Assembly: GCA_964016885.1 (NCBI GenBank)
Contig: OZ024742.1
Location: forward strand, 114,824,001-114,888,000
Length of the DNA stretch: 64,000 nt
DNA from: Eledone cirrhosa
Lineage: Eukaryota
Direction of reading: 5' to 3'
Notes under the pieces: generated by a model
What the model was told of the DNA's origin: nothing
Seen by the model: the letters and a program-made list of their open reading frames with translations, nothing else
Database searches by the model: none
Position numbers and translations under genes: made by a program
Shown here: in pieces, positions 56,206 to 64,000 of the stretch
How positions within the stretch are numbered: position 1 is the first letter of the stretch
How the letters are laid out: each line of letters starts with the position of its first letter

Positions 56206-59200
56206 TTACAGTAATCAAAGTTCAGTTTAAGTCATTTATTTGCTTACACTTGTTTCCTCCAAACCGAGGTTTGGATTCTTCGGAGCAACTATTTATAACA
56301 TACTTGACCTCCTTTTCAACCCAAGGGACACATAAAACATATGCGCATATTGATCAACAGTGGGGTGACATTCATCAAATGAAACAGCATGGCAATTTAC
56401 ATATAAAGTGTTACATGATAAAAATAAAATAAAAGCAAGAGTGAAAATAAAGATAAACAAGAAGCGTTGGCAGTCTATGAAGATAAAGCAAGAGGAAAGC
56501 TTAGAGTAGTCAGTGCATGAAGCAATCTCCCGTGTAGCATGCACGCTTGTCTTATCTATACATGATTAGAGTGCGTCAGAATGATATTTGCAGGGTCAGG
56601 CAGTTGAAGCAGGCAATCGATCTTATAATATAGGCTGAATTATTAAGTCATTTATTCTCATACATCTGTATGATATACAGTCTCGGATGCGGGGAAACAC
56701 CAAAATATCAAAAACCTTCAACATACTATAAACCTTATTGTATCGTAGGCAAGGTCGTACCACTGTCCTTGCTCACACCACCACTCACATAATCCATGTG
56801 ACGCAATATATATATAGAAAACACGCGTCTATCGTATAATTCGCAGTGGTTCAGCATATAGTCGAGCTATAAACGGTATCCAGTCGGTTCTAATTAATAT
56901 ATCATACTGTCCAAATTCCGGAAGTGCCTGAATGATTAAGGGGAATTAATGCGTAAGGGGAGGTAATTAGCTAGTTATTTTAGTTACATTACTATGCTAA
57001 ACTACATTAATGGTGATTCAAATACGTGCCTATCATGTGAAGTTATAACTAATATCTAGAGTATGGTACCCATTTATAAGTTAGAGAGTTGTTCATTAAG
57101 AAGTACAAGGATGTATATACTAGGATGATTGCCAACCAATAATTAAGGGGTGTCATATCTGAACGTTCTATAAGAGGAGTCGGACTCTCAAGTCACTGCT
57201 CCTTGCAAATGTAATACAACAGTAGGACCTGGTATGGTCCCACTATTATATATGCCACCCTGTAGGCTCCGGGTCATTGCTTGCCCGCATCTCCAGTAAA
57301 TCTTCGGTATGGTCCGGAGATCCGATCTCTCATATAAACGCACTAGTCTGGCCATCAGGTAATAGACAACCCCCGTCTCAAGTATAAATCAATTATGTAT
57401 CACATCTCCAAGCTAGAGTGGAGTCTATTAATAGGTATTAAAGGAGTCCACATCAAGATGATTACGTTCATAATTCAATGAACTGATCGCTTACAGTATA
57501 TACTCACTTAACAATACGATTATCTATCTAATCATCGATCTATCTCTTGGTGGTAATCCATGCACAGGACTATGCTATCACAACCAGTACCGTGTCCCCA
57601 GTTTATACTAATCTTATATTTGTGCAATGCAGAATAAGTAGTCCACGGTCGGGATATCAGTACTATAGGTACAAGGGGGTATTCCCAGGGTAGGTGGCAC
57701 TCAAATGCTGTCAGTATTATCTTTAGAGTATAGAGATGGGTGTGGATGTGAGGTGTAAGGTGTGCTACTGATGTTAATTGCTAGGGGTGGTGCCGTTTCC
57801 AGTCTGACATTATTATATATAGGGTTTAAAGTTTTGGAACGAGTGTCGGAAGCGGTGTTGGCAATTTGCGAACACTTCTGATTTTTTATTAAGGAGATTA
57901 TGTTTAGAGAAGATGATAGTATGGGTCTCTAGTAGACAGAGGTTACAAAATTTATCATGTGGTTTGTACGATGTTGCACTACCTACCACTTCCCATTTAA
58001 GTGTATATATTTAATTTTTAGTTTTTAGATAGTGTATGTAGCTAGATAGTGAGGTGGAGTTGGCTAGACTGTGTTTTTTGAAAGAGTGGAGGTGCGAATT
58101 GTATCTATTTTTTAAGCAGTTAGAAGTGGAGCCTATGTAGGTTTCAGAAGAGCTGTTAGTTGTGACTGTACATGAGTATATGATATCCTTGGTTAAGCAT
58201 TTGTTATCTAAAGGGCAGGTTCTACTTGATCTACAGTTACAATTACTCTGGGTGCTAGTCTGCCGGTTACTATGCTGTGTAGAAGTTTGGAGGTTAGCTA
58301 TAGGGTTATGGTTATGCGGGTTGTGGTACGCAGCGTTAATGTTTACACTAGTGCTATTACCACTATTTCCATTGATATTACGGTTATTTGTTATAATGTT
58401 ACTTTGACTGTCATTTTGAATGTTATTTTGAAGGTTCATCGACCGTTGTGATTTAGTTTGTTGGAAGTAACAATTATTTTTTCTTTTATTTGTACTAGCT
58501 ATGTGGTATGCTAAGTTAGGCGTAGTAGAGTATGAGATCTTGATAGTGTTTTTGTTTAAAAGGCCGTGGTACCTGTGGCCGGATGGGAAGTGTTTATCTA
58601 GTAGTGAGAAGAAAGTCCTAGGAAGGTTGGTAGAGACGTTTAAATTGAAAGGAGGGTTGAAAAATGTATTATCTCTTCTTCTATTTCTGTTTATTATGTC
58701 TGGTGATTTGTTTCCTTTAATGTTCCTATGGTCATTTCTGTGGTGCGGGTTACTCCTGTTGTTACAATCCCTATTAGTGTGTGTGCAGTTGCTATTCTTA
58801 TTATTAAATTTTCTCATGGACATGTTGTGTGAAATGATATTGTAGCTATGTGTTTTTGTAGGTAGGAACTCTATCCCTGTATTATGGCCTGATCTAGCTA
58901 ATGCCTGATTATAATACTGCGAGTTATTGTTAAATGTGTTTATGTCATACGATAGATTAGAGATTCTATTAGATACTCCCTTAGAGATAGAGTTCAATAT
59001 AGATTTAGGGTGGTTAGACTTGGTATCTACGTAGATGAGTTTTTCATTAGGTTTGTGGAAAGGTGCATATATCATTGAGTCTAAGTAGAGTGTGGCGTCT
59101 AGGAAGTTGACGTTTTTGGTGTTTTTGTCCATGGTAATACTAAGGTTAAAGTTTTTGAATGTTTTGTGCAATAGTTTTCTAGTCCTTTCTATATTGAATT

Positions 59201-59635
59201 TTTTTTATAGTCTATAAGTAGAAGTGCATCATCGCGATACAAACCACCGCTGAGGTACGGAGGTTCCCTGTGGATTAGGTTAAGTAAGTATAGGCCAACC
59301 AAATCAGTGACCTGCGCCGAGTCACTAGACCCCATAGTAATGTCAAAGTTGTTTTGCGTATCCTTGCGGGTCCATAATTGGTCTTCAAAGGTGATTATTG
59401 TTTTACGGGCCGCAAGTATGACATCAATCTGGGTTCTAGTCAAGTCACTATTGTCCATGGCCATTATAAGTGCCTTATTTAGTAGGATAGGGGAAATAGA
59501 GGTGTAGTAAGAGTTGATATCAAATTGGATAAATTTGTTATCCTTGTTATCTATGATATTTTTGAACCATTCAATCACTTCACCCGTATTTCCCCATTGC
59601 TTAAGGTAAATCTTCTGTTTAATCTGTGGGATGAT
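56206..59635 (-). mobile_element. 5'-truncated Naiad-like PLE with about 1.6-kb 3' UTR
   Basis: [57 protein letters not shown]...YIGST, CNLC...CQHR (coding end about 57812). Confidence 0.9.
56240..56288 (-). ncRNA. Type I HHR variant (CCGAAGA core, compact helix II)
   Basis: ttgct-CCGAAGA-a-tccaaac ctcg gtttgga-g-GAAA-caagtg-TA-agcaa. Confidence 0.75.
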
Positions 59636-59660
59636 TATGTATATATTTTATATATATATA

Positions 59661-59692
<32 letters not shown>

Positions 59693-59694
59693 TT

Positions 59695-59738
<44 letters not shown>

Positions 59739-59797
59739 ATATATATATATATATAAGTTATATATATATATATATAAGTTATATATATATATATATG

Positions 59798-62845
<3,048 letters not shown>

Positions 62846-63497
62846 TCTATATTTTTACTACGCCACCCCCATCGATACTCCCCCTCTCTCTATATATCCA
62901 CACGCGCGCATGAGCATATATATGTGTGTGTATATATGCATATAGATATATGTACGTGTGGATGTATGTGGGCGCCTGTATGGGTGTGTATATAGGTGTA
63001 TATGTATGTATATATGTCAGTACATATGCGCATGTATATATATACAACGTATTTGTCAGACTAAGAGTGTCTAGATATGTACCTTCCCATGGACTTGATA
63101 CCACCAACACATCCACCACACCACCACAATCGCCACTACCATAAACAACAACACTACAATCACGCCCCACACAATAACCAGCCAAATATATATGCCAACC
63201 TGTCTACCGACAATCCACTACCCCCACACCACAGCCCATCGCAGCCAGCGACCGTCACCAACATCTTATCACCCCCCCCCCCACTATACACTACATGCCA
63301 ATACATCCCTATGGTCTTTTCCACCAATCAAAGCAACTCATATTGTACAACTTATGAACTTCTGACTTTATCACATAGCATGTATTCCTTTTCTTATACC
63401 ATTTTTTACCATCGAGCTGCCGATTATTGAATCGGGTAAGATCGATACAGATCGAGCCTTGTAATGAGGGAGTAACCAATCCACCTTGTTATGCTTT

Positions 63498-63533
<36 letters not shown>

Positions 63534-63732
63534 TTACATACATATTATTTTTTTGTTAAAATGATAAATTTAAATTAATTCAACAGTTCAATACACATAT
63601 GAATAATACCCTTGTTACCAGCCAAAAGATTGACAAGTCTACCCTAAATATGACTTATTGCTGTAAGAAAGCCATGAACGAATCCAATGACAGGTTCTCC
63701 ACCGTCTCTTATAACTGCTAGTCAACTGTTAC

Positions 63733-63769
<37 letters not shown>

Positions 63770-63802
63770 TGCATGTAAGATTCAAACTTACAATGATTGG
63801 CA

Positions 63803-63890
<88 letters not shown>

Positions 63891-63893
<3 letters not shown>

Positions 63894-64000
63894 AGGGTGT
63901 TAAAGTTTGCTTGAAGCATTGTGAAATGTGTAAAATACGTATTTAAGAAAGCCACAACAATGCAGAGGGAAATCTCGAGGTAGGAAGTGAAAGATAGATA
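63891..64000 (-). repeat. End of the repeat family also present at 8511-8610, abutting (TA)n
   Basis: ttgcttgaagcattgtg.aat...atttaag...gaa.gcc.c.acaatgca shared. Confidence 0.6.

Overview
AT-rich, repeat-dense eukaryotic (animal) DNA. Cephalopod/Octopus origin is an inference from the SINE motifs and the abundant (TA)n/(CA)n tracts. No intact host gene is recognisable. The window is a nest of mostly decayed transposons: at least eight Penelope-like element (PLE) copies of two types (Naiad-like and a second RT + C-terminal GIY-YIG family), three CRE-clade non-LTR copies, three RTE-type LINE fragments, two Tc1/mariner relics, an internally deleted Helitron with both ends, and tRNA-derived SINEs. 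The main hidden signal is about 20 type I hammerhead ribozyme (HHR) or HHR-like motifs from about 11 sequence families, found by eye in PLE terminal repeats and in short non-coding repeats that abut (TA)n. They include canonical minimal (probably dimer-acting) HHRs in a 469-bp retrozyme-like tandem array, HHRs with 50-120 nt inserts in helix II, recurrent core variants (CCGAAGA, CNGUNGA) and one motif lacking helix II. Several fold-back junctions map at or near predicted HHR cleavage sites. A degenerate PHD finger precedes the RT of the longest CRE copy. All structures were read manually; none was computed or tested.
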